Of a stretch of DNA of 64,000 bases, positions 35,274 through 45,745 are shown piece by piece (the stretch's first letter is position 1; each line of letters starts with the position of its first letter). Where the stretch lies: the IMG/VR virus record IMGVR_UViG_3300049486_000079, positions 1-64,000 of that record; one strand, written 5' to 3'. The notes beneath the pieces are model-generated. The model saw only the letters and a list, made by a program, of their open reading frames with translations. It did not search any database and was not told where the DNA came from. The position numbers and the translations under genes are program-made. This DNA is from a virus (lineage: Duplodnaviria; Caudoviricetes).

Positions 35274-38225
35274 TCACACTACGGTGGCGTCTGCGGTCAG
35301 AACTCCGACGCCCGTCAAAGAAGCAGAATCTACAAATATTACACCTGAACCGATGACTATACCACCGACTCCGGTCAGAGAGGAAGAGCCGATTAAGGAA
35401 AGAGCAGACCCGACTCCTACGAAGCCTACTCCTGACATTGAGACGCTCCCTACAAGGATCAACGCAGAGCTTGCGGTAACAGTGCCTGTTCCTATAATCG
35501 CACCAAAAGCGGCAAAAACGCCGTCCGCAAAACCGGACGCCAGTATTGTCAAAGACGCCTGGAGGTACTGCGAGTATTTTATAGCAAGCTGGACATGCGC
35601 AGGCGTGGCCTCGGAAATACGCGTCAGAAGACGATCGAAAACATCCTCAATGGGCTCTCCGACCTCATCTACAATCGTATCAGGCACGCACGTGGCCTGA
35701 GCCACATACGAGGCGCACCAATCGCAACCGAAGTCGACAGGGCCGCACTCATACGTAATCGACGCCTCTCCCGTCACAGGCGCTTGAAGCGCAAAGACAT
35801 CAAATTCCGCATGCGTTGCCGACACTGTAACCGGAACCGTGTCCAAAAAGAAAGAAGTTCCGGCACTATCATCGAAGCGCCACACGCCCAACGAGAGGAT
35901 CAGCTCGACCACGTCCCCAATAGGATAGCCGCTACCGGTGACTCCTGAACGGACCACACGGACCCGATGCTTGTTTATTCCCACCGTCGTGACTGAAGCA
36001 ACCGTGGTATGGATCGTCGTATAGAAGTTGTCTTCCCAGCAGAAATGATCGATCTCAAAGAACTTCGTCGGCTCGAACAAATTGACCTGTTCGACGTATT
36101 CTGCGAACGCCTCAGGCGCGATTTCGTCGAACAGAGGCATCTCCGGTTGGAGATCGGTGTAATAGCGAACAGTCTGCCAGGTCAGGTTATTGTTGTTCGG
36201 CTCGCTAAGAGCCGCCGCCTGATCTTCGATCCTGAAAATAACAGTCGAGCTGTTTACGATCTCCTCAATAACATAGGACTTGTTATTGCCAGAAACAGAC
36301 GCGTTGGAGATGACAATACTACGGCCGACATCGGTAATGCTAAAATCAGGCGAAGGGGGATTGGGAGCAGGCCCCACGTCAATCGATCTGAACTGCGTAC
36401 GTCCTGCTGTGCCCGCCTCTAGACGTCCTTTCAGGCCTGACTTCCCTGGCGTCGTGGTCCCGATTGGATAAATGTTCGCATTAGGGAGCACTTCCAGGAT
36501 GTCCTGGGGCACACGAAAAAGCTGGGTGACATCGACGTCGAACCCGCTCATTTTACCCAGAATCCGATAGCACTCCGGATGCCCCTTGATCCCGATCCAC
36601 TTCTTCTGATCGGCGACCATGGAGCGCTGGCGCGTCTCGCTTTGCTGTGTATCCAGCTCCTCTGCAAAATCACGAGCAAGATGCGCAAGAAGCGAGGGCG
36701 GTCGAATTACGACCGCTGTTCCGTCGTCGTAACGTGTTTTCGCTCGTAGAGCACAATAAAGACCTGTTTCAGGGCCGACCAGTGTGGCATCCAGCTCCAG
36801 CTCGGTAGCCGAAAGCACTGCTACAATCTCGTATATGCCGTCATTGCCGAGACTGCTGCCACGAAGGGTGGCCAGCTTTCCGACATCTGTTTCCTTGAAA
36901 GAGGCCCTCAGGCTGCGAATGCGCGAGGGATTTATCCCCCCGACTGTTACCTCAGCGTCTGAGGTCTCAAATTCTAAATAGCCTCTTGGATAAGACTTCG
37001 TAGTTAGGTCGATCTCGGGACGGGGTAACAGAGCCCAGTCAAAAGGCCCCGCGTCCTCAGTCAGTAAGCGACCGGGGACCGTACGGTACACCGTCTCTCC
37101 CGCAGTTTGCGCTCCTGTGCCTAGAGCAGTCGCACGAAAAATCAAAGACGCGTCTATATGGGAGTTTATTGCATCAGCCACATCGGAAGCCGATGAAACA
37201 ATACTCCCAAAGACATCGGTTGCAAGAGAGACCGTAACATCAGCACCATCGACTCCGACAGACAAAGTCGAATTCGGACCTGGCTTGACGTGTCGTATTC
37301 GAGGAACAACACCGCCAAACTCAGCCCCGAGTGAGCTGTAGGCGACACCTCCATCAGAAGTCTCGCCTCGAACAATTGCCCATGACGGTACCGCTATCGT
37401 GTTACCCCGGACCGCTGCAATGTCTACAACAACATTGTTCTCAGGGATCGAGGACTTTGAAATAGTGAGCTTCTTCCCGACGTCCTGCTGTGAGAGCATG
37501 ATCGCTGTCGAAACGAAGAAACCATCACTGTTAATAGAGCCGTCGACACCTTCTTTTTCGGTCAGAAGACGGACAAGGCGCTCTGTCGTTCGGAGCTGCC
37601 TACGTGCTTGGAGTATAAACTGACCGTTTCCGTCTAGCAGCTCGCACCCAGGAAATAAATTGCCGACATCGCCGTTTTGAATTTCAAAACGTGTGAAATC
37701 CTGCTCCTCACTTAACGCTCGTAATTCCCACCGAAAAGGCCCTGCATCAGGTAAGAGTGTCGGGAACGTAGCCACCGCCTGAGGACTGATAATCGCCGTA
37801 ATCGTAACCGTAGCATTGTTGGAGGACACGGTCGCCCCCGTGATCGACAACTCACGCCCGATATCCACAGCCGTAAACCTTGCGGTGTCGGCTGCAAACT
37901 CCTTGGTGACGACTACCTTGCCGTCCAAACCACTCTGAACAACATCCCCTTTCAAGGGAATATTGCGTCCCAAACGGACTAGGACCTGCTCGTTGTACTG
38001 CGTCCGTATCGAATACGGATCTCGCAACGTATGAAACGACCGGATCTTACGACGAATACGATCGTAAAGAGGCTGCTGTCCTTGTGCGAATTTAAGGTGC
38101 AGAAAACCGTTTTTCTGATCTTCAGTCCGATAAATGGCCGGTAAGCTATCGTAGAGAACAGCCTTGGCCCAGGCAAATTCCCCGAACGACTCTTCGCCGA
38201 ATACGCCAGTTCCAAAGCCGGGCAT
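35274..38225 (-). CDS. baseplate wedge protein (gpI-like) with inserted modules
   Basis: LPAIYR.ED; LLAHLARDF...IKGH...GFDVDV; EATPAHVQ. Confidence 0.65.
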   Translation of the reverse strand: MPGFGTGVFGEESFGEFAWAKAVLYDSLPAIYRTEDQKNGFLHLKFAQGQQPLYDRIRRKIRSFHTLRDPYSIRTQYNEQVLVRLGRNIPLKGDVVQSGLDGKVVVTKEFAADTARFTAVDIGRELSITGATVSSNNATVTITAIISPQAVATFPTLLPDAGPFRWELRALSEEQDFTRFEIQNGDVGNLFPGCELLDGNGQFILQARRQLRTTERLVRLLTEKEGVDGSINSDGFFVSTAIMLSQQDVGKKLTISKSSIPENNVVVDIAAVRGNTIAVPSWAIVRGETSDGGVAYSSLGAEFGGVVPRIRHVKPGPNSTLSVGVDGADVTVSLATDVFGSIVSSASDVADAINSHIDASLIFRATALGTGAQTAGETVYRTVPGRLLTEDAGPFDWALLPRPEIDLTTKSYPRGYLEFETSDAEVTVGGINPSRIRSLRASFKETDVGKLATLRGSSLGNDGIYEIVAVLSATELELDATLVGPETGLYCALRAKTRYDDGTAVVIRPPSLLAHLARDFAEELDTQQSETRQRSMVADQKKWIGIKGHPECYRILGKMSGFDVDVTQLFRVPQDILEVLPNANIYPIGTTTPGKSGLKGRLEAGTAGRTQFRSIDVGPAPNPPSPDFSITDVGRSIVISNASVSGNNKSYVIEEIVNSSTVIFRIEDQAAALSEPNNNNLTWQTVRYYTDLQPEMPLFDEIAPEAFAEYVEQVNLFEPTKFFEIDHFCWEDNFYTTIHTTVASVTTVGINKHRVRVVRSGVTGSGYPIGDVVELILSLGVWRFDDSAGTSFFLDTVPVTVSATHAEFDVFALQAPVTGEASITYECGPVDFGCDWCASYVAQATCVPDTIVDEVGEPIEDVFDRLLTRISEATPAHVQLAIKYSQYLQASLTILASGFADGVFAAFGAIIGTGTVTASSALILVGSVSMSGVGFVGVGSALSLIGSSSLTGVGGIVIGSGVIFVDSASLTGVGVLTADATVV

Positions 38226-38233
38226 AAAACACC

Positions 38234-38497
38234 TTACCGCCGAATGAGATGAATGTGAATGACGCTCAGGGTCCCTGTGTAATTAGGGGTGGTCTCCGTC
38301 GAAGCAGGCGAGCTGTGCCCGTAAAACTCAGAATAAGGGCCCCACGTCACATACCCCGCAGTCCCTGAATCGTACCCCTTGAAATAATAAAGAGCGGCGG
38401 CGGCTCCTGCGACACTGGTCACGAGGCGGCCCACCTTGACCACCTGATCTCGGAACGCCGGAGAGCCAGGCGCAAAATTTTGCCTATCGACTGCCAT
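38234..38497 (-). CDS. small virion-cluster protein, paralog of 42190..42492
   Basis: GYDSG...YVTW...TTPNYTGTL. Confidence 0.6.
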   Translation of the reverse strand: MAVDRQNFAPGSPAFRDQVVKVGRLVTSVAGAAAALYYFKGYDSGTAGYVTWGPYSEFYGHSSPASTETTPNYTGTLSVIHIHLIRR

Positions 38498-38505
38498 ACC
38501 TTACC

Positions 38506-39474
38506 TCAGAACGTCGGGACCGTATTTCCATTTGGCACCCAGACCTCACCAATGATGGTCGTAGTCGAGCTGCCCGAGCTGGGCTCGACCGTCCCCTGCA
38601 CAATACCCGAGCCCGAAGGCGCATACGCGATGTCGACCATAGTCCCTCGAATAGCAATCTGCGACGACGCTGTCGACACGCAGACGATAGGCATGTCGGG
38701 ATATTTGCCCGAGATATTCGATCCAGTGTTTGTAACGTTCGTGAAAAAGTTATTCGATGTAAAAGGATTAAGAGGCGCAGCACCGTTTGCCGACGAATTG
38801 ACAGTGTCGTCAATCCAGAATGACGTGTGCGCTCCGCTCTGGAGGTTCGCGAGGGTCAACGCACCATTCGTCGCATCGTAATTAACGAACTGATACGTCG
38901 GGTATAAGTCGCCAGACTCACTTCCCGTAAGCAAAAGGCTCGCCCAGGCAAAAAACATCTTCCCCGAACCTGTAGACGTGTAGAGCATAAGCCAGTCGCC
39001 GGCTGTGTTATACAGGATGCTGTATTTTGCCGCCGCGACCGCTGTCTTAATAAACTGCTGGTTCCCGATAGCGCGATTATTCGTAGGCGCAGTCGGATCG
39101 GTCGTCGTCGAACCACTCGTAAACGCAGCAGTCGCATACGTGATATTGATAAGGTGAGGGTTCCCTGAGCCTGTCGAACACGCAATGAGAATCCAAATAT
39201 TCTTTCCGGACGACGGATAGTTCGTAGGGGACTTAAGCACGATCCATGAGCGGGCGCTGCCGCCAGACTGCCACACAAGATTCGAGTCGGCCGACCAGCG
39301 ATCCGTCCCATCCATACCAGCAGCAGTCGAAGACGAAGATCCATCGACGGTCCACCCGGCGTTTTTCATCCCATCCTTGAACTGACGAAGGACCGCACGG
39401 GCCTGAGCTGTGAGCGACGCTGCGCTCGGAACATTGTTCCAAGAAGTTGTCCAGGTACGCACCAAAGTAGTCAT
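38506..39474 (-). CDS. putative virion/tail accessory protein
   Basis: Ser/Thr/Gly-rich, WIVLKSP. Confidence 0.65.
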   Translation of the reverse strand: MTTLVRTWTTSWNNVPSAASLTAQARAVLRQFKDGMKNAGWTVDGSSSSTAAGMDGTDRWSADSNLVWQSGGSARSWIVLKSPTNYPSSGKNIWILIACSTGSGNPHLINITYATAAFTSGSTTTDPTAPTNNRAIGNQQFIKTAVAAAKYSILYNTAGDWLMLYTSTGSGKMFFAWASLLLTGSESGDLYPTYQFVNYDATNGALTLANLQSGAHTSFWIDDTVNSSANGAAPLNPFTSNNFFTNVTNTGSNISGKYPDMPIVCVSTASSQIAIRGTMVDIAYAPSGSGIVQGTVEPSSGSSTTTIIGEVWVPNGNTVPTF

Positions 39475-39510
39475 CTATTCACCTCGCCTAACCATTAAAA
39501 GACGTACCCG

Positions 39511-40035
39511 CTAGGCCATATCGAAATCGACGCCACGAAAGAGACTTGTCCCAGAATCGCTCGAATTATACCCACGCAACTCGTACCAACCAGAAGAAGG
39601 AACCGTCACGCTTGTAGTGCTCGCGACTCCGAGCGTATTTGTACGCGTTAAAGTAGAAACCAAAGACGAGTCGCTCTGTCTGTAAAGCTTCAAAGTCGCT
39701 GTATGGCTTGCATCCAAGGACCCCATAAGCGCGGAAAAAGTCGCAAGGGTGCCGGAGTTTAGATAAAGAGCACCTATCATGGTCTCCACCGTGCCATCGA
39801 CGTAATACGGATTAGGTATCACCGAAAATGCGCGAGATCCTGCATTGGTGTCGACATAGTCTTTTGTCGCCGCGTCTGTCGATACCGTAGGTGTTCCAAG
39901 GTTCGTAAGCTTGAAACCGCCCATGCTCTGATTCGCAGTAAAGGCCTGGCCGCCATCTGCCTGAATCACTGCCTCTGCAAGCCGATCGAGAGCGACTGAG
40001 CCTGAGGCTATTTGCTTGCCTTTTATTGCAGCCAT
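39511..40035 (-). CDS. fibre-like protein (N-term shared with 40106..41125, C-term shared with 43667..44446)
   Basis: MAAIKGKQIA...KLTNLGTPTVSTDAATKDYVD; start at 40035. Confidence 0.7.
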   Translation of the reverse strand: MAAIKGKQIASGSVALDRLAEAVIQADGGQAFTANQSMGGFKLTNLGTPTVSTDAATKDYVDTNAGSRAFSVIPNPYYVDGTVETMIGALYLNSGTLATFSALMGSLDASHTATLKLYRQSDSSLVSTLTRTNTLGVASTTSVTVPSSGWYELRGYNSSDSGTSLFRGVDFDMA

Positions 40036-40067
40036 GAACCTTCGGACTCCTACATAAAAAGAAGATG

Positions 40068-40095
40068 AAAAAAAGGAGCGGCGCGGGCCGCTCCT
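40068..40095 (-). terminator. intrinsic terminator
   Basis: AGGAGCGG-CCCGCG-CCGCUCCU followed by a U run. Confidence 0.75.
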
Positions 40096-40105
40096 ACGCA
40101 GCCAA

Positions 40106-41125
40106 TTAGAACGCAGAGTACACGAAATCGATTCGATCGCTCGTAGCCAGTTCAAACCCGGCAATAGAACCGTTCCAATGAAGAGTATCGCCAGCAGCAA
40201 TAGCGCTCATAGCGCGTGCTGTAGAACCGCTGTCGTTCGAAAAATAACAATCCACGGAGACCTTCGTACCGTTGCCGACCAGATAGTGAATGCCATTCAC
40301 ACGCACTCCAATATAGCCGCCCAGCGCGTTATTTGAAGTGACAGTAGAAGAAGTTGCCTGATCATTGTCCGTCGTCGTAGCTAAAGCCGTAAGGTTTTTA
40401 TCGGCTGTAACCGCAACAGGCGAATCGTGTACGTGATCGCTACGAGCAACAGACGTCGCCACGCCTGCCGAGTTAGCTGTACCGACAGAAACGGGCGTGC
40501 CATAGGTCAAAGAACCTGTGCCTGTGAACTGAACCCACGTAATCGGATCTGTACCGATAACAGGAGCATCGCTAACCTGGGTCCAACCCGTATCCTCATT
40601 GACCGTGCCCTGCTGGACAAAGATGGCCGCACTATCAAGCTCTGCCGAGACATCCGCATCCGTAACACGCGTAAGCACCCACGGATTGCTGCCGTCCCCG
40701 ACCGTAGTCAAAGAATACAGACCGTTCTCCTCGTCGTTTGTCTGATCTTTGACAAGGAGGCGATCGAACTGGACAAGAGTCACGCCATCGGAATCAGAAG
40801 ACGACCAGGCGCCGTTACCTGTACGGGTCAGCGTCGCACCTACGCCAAGCGTACCGTTTGCGTAAACAGGCGTATTTGTAATCTGCGCAGTCGTCGCTGC
40901 GATAGCGGCGTCTTTCCAAGATAAACCTGCTGCGACAGCGTCAAGCTGCTGCTTATTAACAGCGTCCGTAGCAGCAGTACCGTTCGCAAGGTTGGTGATC
41001 TTAAAACCACCGTGGCTCTGATCGGCAGTAAAAGCCTGACCACCGTCCGCCTGGATAACAGCCTCCACGAGGCGATCCAGTGCGATCGAAGCCGCCGCTA
41101 TCTGTTTTCCTTTGATTAAAGCCAT
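40106..41125 (-). CDS. tail fibre / head-decoration-like protein
   Basis: KITNLANGTAATDAVNKQQLD fibre motif; DRLLVKDQ...ENGLY domain. Confidence 0.7.
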   Translation of the reverse strand: MALIKGKQIAAASIALDRLVEAVIQADGGQAFTADQSHGGFKITNLANGTAATDAVNKQQLDAVAAGLSWKDAAIAATTAQITNTPVYANGTLGVGATLTRTGNGAWSSSDSDGVTLVQFDRLLVKDQTNDEENGLYSLTTVGDGSNPWVLTRVTDADVSAELDSAAIFVQQGTVNEDTGWTQVSDAPVIGTDPITWVQFTGTGSLTYGTPVSVGTANSAGVATSVARSDHVHDSPVAVTADKNLTALATTTDNDQATSSTVTSNNALGGYIGVRVNGIHYLVGNGTKVSVDCYFSNDSGSTARAMSAIAAGDTLHWNGSIAGFELATSDRIDFVYSAF

Positions 41126-41149
41126 AGCCTCTCTCCTTCAGCGAATTCT

Positions 41150-42181
41150 TCAGAAGTCGTAGTCGAACTTCACCTCGTCACCGATAGCCAAGGTAAAGCT
41201 CAGGTTGAACCATGTCACAGCAGTGCCGACGACTGAAAAATCGACACCGTTAAGATACTCCACACCATTTACGGTCATTTCCACGTCATTACCGTCAATA
41301 GGAACAGCAGACAGAGTAAAGGCAGTCTGACCGTTAATAGCCACAATAAACTGATCTGTCTGGTGATGGTCTGTCAAAACGGCACTGTCCGGAGGATAGG
41401 CACTAAGAATAAGCCACGAACTTGTTCCGTCGCTTCGAAAAGCGACGGAGGCACGCCCCACCTGAAGAACAAAGCTGGGGGAGCCATCGAGTGTATTTAG
41501 CCCTGTCGGCACAATCGTCACGTTATTAGGAAGAGGATTGCCTGTTGTTCCAGTGACGACCTTGACCTCAATCGTCTTACCTGAATTAGACGGATCCACT
41601 CCCGGCAACGTCACCGTCTGAGCGTTTAATGAGGGATCTACTAAAACAGTTTCCGAAACCGCCGCCGTAACCGTAAGAGACGTATAGACGCTTGTTATTG
41701 TGGTCGCGCCGCTTGCGGTACTCTGAAAGGCAGTCAGAACCGGATACGTCTCGCCTGTCGGGAGCGTCTTCCCGTTGACAAAATAAAGTCTTGTACCCCG
41801 TCGAACACAAAAAAGAAGAGCCGCGTCAGAGGACGGGACGCGATTCGACTTCTTCAGAGCAATTGTCGTATCCTGCGTCGGAGCCCTGACCAGCTCGACA
41901 TAGGCCATATCACTATTTTGAAGAACAATGGAACCCGCGGCAATCGTACAACGAAAACCCGTGATTCCGGATAAGACTTCGATAGCCGAAGTCCAAGAAA
42001 GCAGGCCTGTCCCTGCATTAAAAGAAAAGTCGCCCCCTTCCATGAAGCGAAGATGGCGATCCTCCCGGGCTGCATAACCCGAAGCGTCCATCGCCTGGAC
42101 CATCGACTCGAAGGGCTCAAACCACGGATCCTGCCCCCTCTGGGGGTAAGGCCATCGTAACCTTGGCGACGTCAGGCTCAT
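41150..42181 (-). CDS. fibre-like protein (N-term shared with 43667..44446)
   Basis: SPRLRWPYP...MDASGYAAREDRHL; C-terminal GQTAFTL...VNGV...DF module. Confidence 0.7.
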   Translation of the reverse strand: MSLTSPRLRWPYPQRGQDPWFEPFESMVQAMDASGYAAREDRHLRFMEGGDFSFNAGTGLLSWTSAIEVLSGITGFRCTIAAGSIVLQNSDMAYVELVRAPTQDTTIALKKSNRVPSSDAALLFCVRRGTRLYFVNGKTLPTGETYPVLTAFQSTASGATTITSVYTSLTVTAAVSETVLVDPSLNAQTVTLPGVDPSNSGKTIEVKVVTGTTGNPLPNNVTIVPTGLNTLDGSPSFVLQVGRASVAFRSDGTSSWLILSAYPPDSAVLTDHHQTDQFIVAINGQTAFTLSAVPIDGNDVEMTVNGVEYLNGVDFSVVGTAVTWFNLSFTLAIGDEVKFDYDF

Positions 42182-42189
42182 GCTTCTAC

Positions 42190-42492
42190 CTAGCAGTTCT
42201 GAGTGTCTAAGACAATTTCATAAGCAACGAGAGTCCCTGTATAAGCAGGCGTCGTTACCCCGGGCGTTGGATCAGGCACCGAAGAAGTCCAATATACGTA
42301 GTCATTAGTGCCTCCAGAATCATAAGCCCGTTGAAAAACTTCTCTCCCAGAAACCACAGCCGCTGCTGGGGGAGGAATCAGCACTCCGTAAAAATCGACA
42401 ACACTCGCTCGCGGAAGCGGTCTACCGAGCAACAAAGGCTGCTCAGGAATAACACTTCCAGGTTGTGTTCCGGTGGAATCAAAATCGGTCAT
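42190..42492 (-). CDS. small virion-cluster protein, paralog of 38234..38497
   Basis: AYDSGG..YVYW...TTPAYTGTL. Confidence 0.6.
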   Translation of the reverse strand: MTDFDSTGTQPGSVIPEQPLLLGRPLPRASVVDFYGVLIPPPAAAVVSGREVFQRAYDSGGTNDYVYWTSSVPDPTPGVTTPAYTGTLVAYEIVLDTQNC

Positions 42493-42502
42493 CTCACTAA
42501 CC

Positions 42503-43651
42503 TCAGGTGGCCCCAGGTCCGATTGCTAACCCAATCGAAGCGCCTCCGTAATTAAGAGATGGGAAAATCTTTTGGGCCTGCGCAACATCATAGTTAGGGA
42601 TCATACGATCCCCGTCGACCTGGGTACCAATAGGCCACCAGAAGAGGTGCTCAGGGTAGCCTCGGAAACCACCGTTCGAGGGGCCCCCTGAAAAACCAGA
42701 CGAAAACACATGAGCCCTAACACCTGCATAGAAATTAGTCGACTCTGGGGCATTCTGCCCGGCAAAAAACCCAGTGCTGGGGAACATCGGGCTAAAGCCG
42801 TGGCTCTGTGAGAAGGTGCCTGTATACACAGCATCGATGAAGTTGGTAAAATAAGGCGTCATCGTGCTGTTGTTGGAACCTATGTTGACATACATAGGAC
42901 AGGGGTCGAGGCCTACGATTGCTTTTGATGTAGCAGACCCGTGATTATTCGCCAGGCTCACTACGGTAATATCGGTAGCCGTCACCGCGCTGACCTCGAC
43001 AACTTCCGCATTGTCATGCGTGAGCGGAAAAGTAAAGCCAGGATCGACAACGTCGTACACCCAGACACGCTGCCCTACGGTAATTTCGGTAGAGATATCA
43101 CGATCCAGCGCAATCGTCACCCCTGCTCCTGCTACGACGTTTGCAGTAGCTCGCGCTATGCCCGCAGCAAGCGAAGGTATGTGAGAACGAACAGGGCTGC
43201 CAAAGACTAAGAAATACCAACTACCGCTCTGCGCCCAGAGAATGACAAACTCATATTCATTCCGGACTCCCCAGTAATCAATCTGAGCTGTATCACTCAG
43301 CGTCACTCCGTGAGCGCCCATAGGTACTGCATCACGCAAACCCACTTCAGCAACAACATCCCAGTCCTGGTACGCATTCACATAAATAGTCAAAGTACTC
43401 AATTGAATACGAACAAACAGATTGGCATCCCCTGCGCCAGAAACGAGGGTGCGGTCCCCGAGAGACCGAAACACTTTATCGAAAGTAACAGGAGGGCTCA
43501 ACGTCAGAGACGCGTGCTCTTCCCACGCGTCCGTCGCATTACTCTGAAAGGCAGTCAGCTCGGTCTCTATTGTCGTACAAAAATTAGAAACTTGCCCCGA
43601 AAGCACCGCAGCAAGGGTACCGCTGAAAAACTCGCCTGTAGACCGTGCCAT
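42503..43651 (-). CDS. putative virion/tail accessory protein
   Basis: 382-aa beta-rich ORF in the tail cluster. Confidence 0.65.
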   Translation of the reverse strand: MARSTGEFFSGTLAAVLSGQVSNFCTTIETELTAFQSNATDAWEEHASLTLSPPVTFDKVFRSLGDRTLVSGAGDANLFVRIQLSTLTIYVNAYQDWDVVAEVGLRDAVPMGAHGVTLSDTAQIDYWGVRNEYEFVILWAQSGSWYFLVFGSPVRSHIPSLAAGIARATANVVAGAGVTIALDRDISTEITVGQRVWVYDVVDPGFTFPLTHDNAEVVEVSAVTATDITVVSLANNHGSATSKAIVGLDPCPMYVNIGSNNSTMTPYFTNFIDAVYTGTFSQSHGFSPMFPSTGFFAGQNAPESTNFYAGVRAHVFSSGFSGGPSNGGFRGYPEHLFWWPIGTQVDGDRMIPNYDVAQAQKIFPSLNYGGASIGLAIGPGAT

Positions 43652-43666
43652 AGCTATTCCACCGTC

Positions 43667-44446
43667 CTATCGAAGCTCAAAAAAAACTCCGTTGCAAATA
43701 GCCACACCGGATGCGTTGTTACTGTAGAGGAGCAGATCGTGCCATCCCTCGGTGAATGTGATATCCGAAGCGGTTCTGACCGCTAGAGCGCCTGCTGCGC
43801 CCCCGACCACGGCTACAGAAGCCGCGTCAGAAGAACGACGAATCCGCAGCGTCGCTGTATGCGCGAGCACCTGGGAGCCGATAATTGTCTGCACATTTAC
43901 GATTGTCGACCCCTTCAGGTAAATCGACCCGACAATTGTCTCGGCGGTCCCTGTGATGCTCCTGGGACTCGGCACGACATTATCGAACCGAACATTGTCG
44001 CTCAGAAGCCGGAAACAAGCACCTGCTTTGAGGATCGCCCCATTACGGAAATAAAGCGTATCTCCTCGTCTCAGGCAAATCAGAAGAGAGGCATCGCTCG
44101 GAGGCACCCGATTCGTTTTTTTCGCATCGAGCTGGACGGAAGAGGTCGGAGAGCGAACGAGGTCGAGGTAGAAAATATCGCCGTCGTTGAGAACAATGCT
44201 GCCTGCCGGCACATACCAGATAAACCCGGTAATCGCTGCAAAGATGTCTAAGCGCTCTGACCAGGAAAGCTCGCCTGTCAGAGCATTAAAACAGATATTT
44301 CCTCCTCCCATTAAGAGAAGGTGCCGATCCTCCCGGGAGGCATACCCGGAAGCGTCCATCGAGGCGACCATGGACTCGAAGGTCGTGAACCACGGATCCT
44401 GGAACTGCTCCGGATAAGGCCATTTAAGCTTAGGCGACAGCGGCAC
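43667..44446 (-). CDS. virion protein, two-domain mosaic
   Basis: SPKLKWPYP...MDASGYASREDRHL; C-terminal ETIVGSIYL...HTATLRIRR. Confidence 0.7.
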   Translation of the reverse strand: MPLSPKLKWPYPEQFQDPWFTTFESMVASMDASGYASREDRHLLLMGGGNICFNALTGELSWSERLDIFAAITGFIWYVPAGSIVLNDGDIFYLDLVRSPTSSVQLDAKKTNRVPPSDASLLICLRRGDTLYFRNGAILKAGACFRLLSDNVRFDNVVPSPRSITGTAETIVGSIYLKGSTIVNVQTIIGSQVLAHTATLRIRRSSDAASVAVVGGAAGALAVRTASDITFTEGWHDLLLYSNNASGVAICNGVFFELR

Positions 44447-44463
44447 GGGTTCCCTCTCTTAAA

Positions 44464-44859
44464 CTACAAAGGGATACGGGTGACCGTATCCTTTACTCGG
44501 AATAAAGAAGGAGGGACAACGACGAAGCGTTCCCCGCTCAGGGTGATAAGCCAGACGTCGAATAGGTAATCCACGTTGGAATCAAGGTTCTGGGTGTCTG
44601 CGGGCAGGATGTAGATCTCCGCGACCCCGACCTTAGGCTGGATCAACGCAGCCTGTAAGGGATCGTCTGTCCACTTCTGGATCAAGGGAAGCGGGTCCAA
44701 GACGTCGTACTTCACGGACATCACGACTCGGGCCCCAGTGATGTCGTAGGGGACTCCGTCCGCATCCGTAACCTCAAGGCGAAGGGTCCGTGTGGTCCCT
44801 CGAACGATTTCGAGGCCCGTTTCGGGCAAGAGAAGAGACGCTCCGCTACTCACGACCAC
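44464..44859 (-). CDS. BppU-N-like virion protein
   Basis: IVRGTTRTL...YDITGA...YLFDVW. Confidence 0.55.
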   Translation of the reverse strand: MVVSSGASLLLPETGLEIVRGTTRTLRLEVTDADGVPYDITGARVVMSVKYDVLDPLPLIQKWTDDPLQAALIQPKVGVAEIYILPADTQNLDSNVDYLFDVWLITLSGERFVVVPPSLFRVKDTVTRIPL

Positions 44860-44860
44860 C

Positions 44861-45064
44861 CTACCTTACATACAAACGAGCCTTGAGAGAGACGACCGCA
44901 TGCACTCTACCACAAAGAGGGTTCTTCGGTGTAATCCGTGCCTGAATGTTCGTTTTAGCTAGGATACGTGCTCGCACGTGTTCTACCACTCGAATCGACC
45001 TCCGCGCTAGCTGAAATCGCCATACCAACGAAGCTCGTTTGTTTTTGACGACCGCAAAGCCCAT
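44861..45064 (-). CDS. small basic hypothetical protein
   Basis: Fills the gap exactly between neighbours. Confidence 0.5.
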   Translation of the reverse strand: MGFAVVKNKRASLVWRFQLARRSIRVVEHVRARILAKTNIQARITPKNPLCGRVHAVVSLKARLYVR

Positions 45065-45690
45065 CAGCCCACCGTCGTGAACGTCTGCACTGTCGAAGCC
45101 GTAGTCAGAGGATCCGTTACAGAGACCTCTACATAATACACCCGATTATCCGCCAAGAAAATCGGAACAGTGCTTTGGAAGTAAAAAACACCGCTTGGAA
45201 AGGGCACGGACGAGGTCATCGTCAGAAGCACAACATCATTGGAGTCTCGAAGCACAAAGGAAGCCGAGACTGGGTCTGCGACCGTCTGGCCCGCACGGTC
45301 CATCCACACAGCCGAACGAACAAGCTGGGAGGCGTCTTCATAGCTCAAATTGAACTGCGCCTCGACGAACATGTTCGCGATTTCCTGCGAAGACGGAACA
45401 ACAATATCGGCCACGATAAGATCGTCCACCCGCCCGTATACAGGACTGGGGATGGTGCGCCCGACATCGTCATAGACTGTGTAAACAACAATGTATTTTC
45501 CCGCTAGCGGAACCGTGTACGAGCCGTAATAGTAACCATCTAAAAGATGCGTAAGATTCACAGAAGCAATAGGTGTAGGGCTGCCTAACTCGTCAAACAC
45601 CCTGGCTTGAGGGTATTTAGACGAGTTGCCATCTTCGATGACCAGAGAAAAAGGAACGCTTTCCCCTGCTTGAGCAAGAATTTCAGACAT
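45064..45690 (-). CDS. Ig-like virion protein
   Basis: Two beta-sandwich-like halves (GYYY..Y, GKYIVVY). Confidence 0.55.
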   Translation of the reverse strand: MSEILAQAGESVPFSLVIEDGNSSKYPQARVFDELGSPTPIASVNLTHLLDGYYYGSYTVPLAGKYIVVYTVYDDVGRTIPSPVYGRVDDLIVADIVVPSSQEIANMFVEAQFNLSYEDASQLVRSAVWMDRAGQTVADPVSASFVLRDSNDVVLLTMTSSVPFPSGVFYFQSTVPIFLADNRVYYVEVSVTDPLTTASTVQTFTTVG

Positions 45691-45713
45691 CCCTACACCT
45701 ACAAATCAAAACA

Positions 45714-45744
45714 ATAAGTAAAACACGTCTCGTGTTTTACTTAT
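45714..45744. terminator. perfect 14-bp inverted repeat, probable terminator
   Basis: ATAAGTAAAACACG-TCT-CGTGTTTTACTTAT. Confidence 0.55.
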
Positions 45745-45745
45745 A

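Noticed and set aside
38234-44446. Diversity-generating retroelement or invertible fibre cassette
   Set aside because: Paralogous segments differ at many non-adenine positions, all genes share one orientation, and no reverse transcriptase or invertase was recognised in the window.
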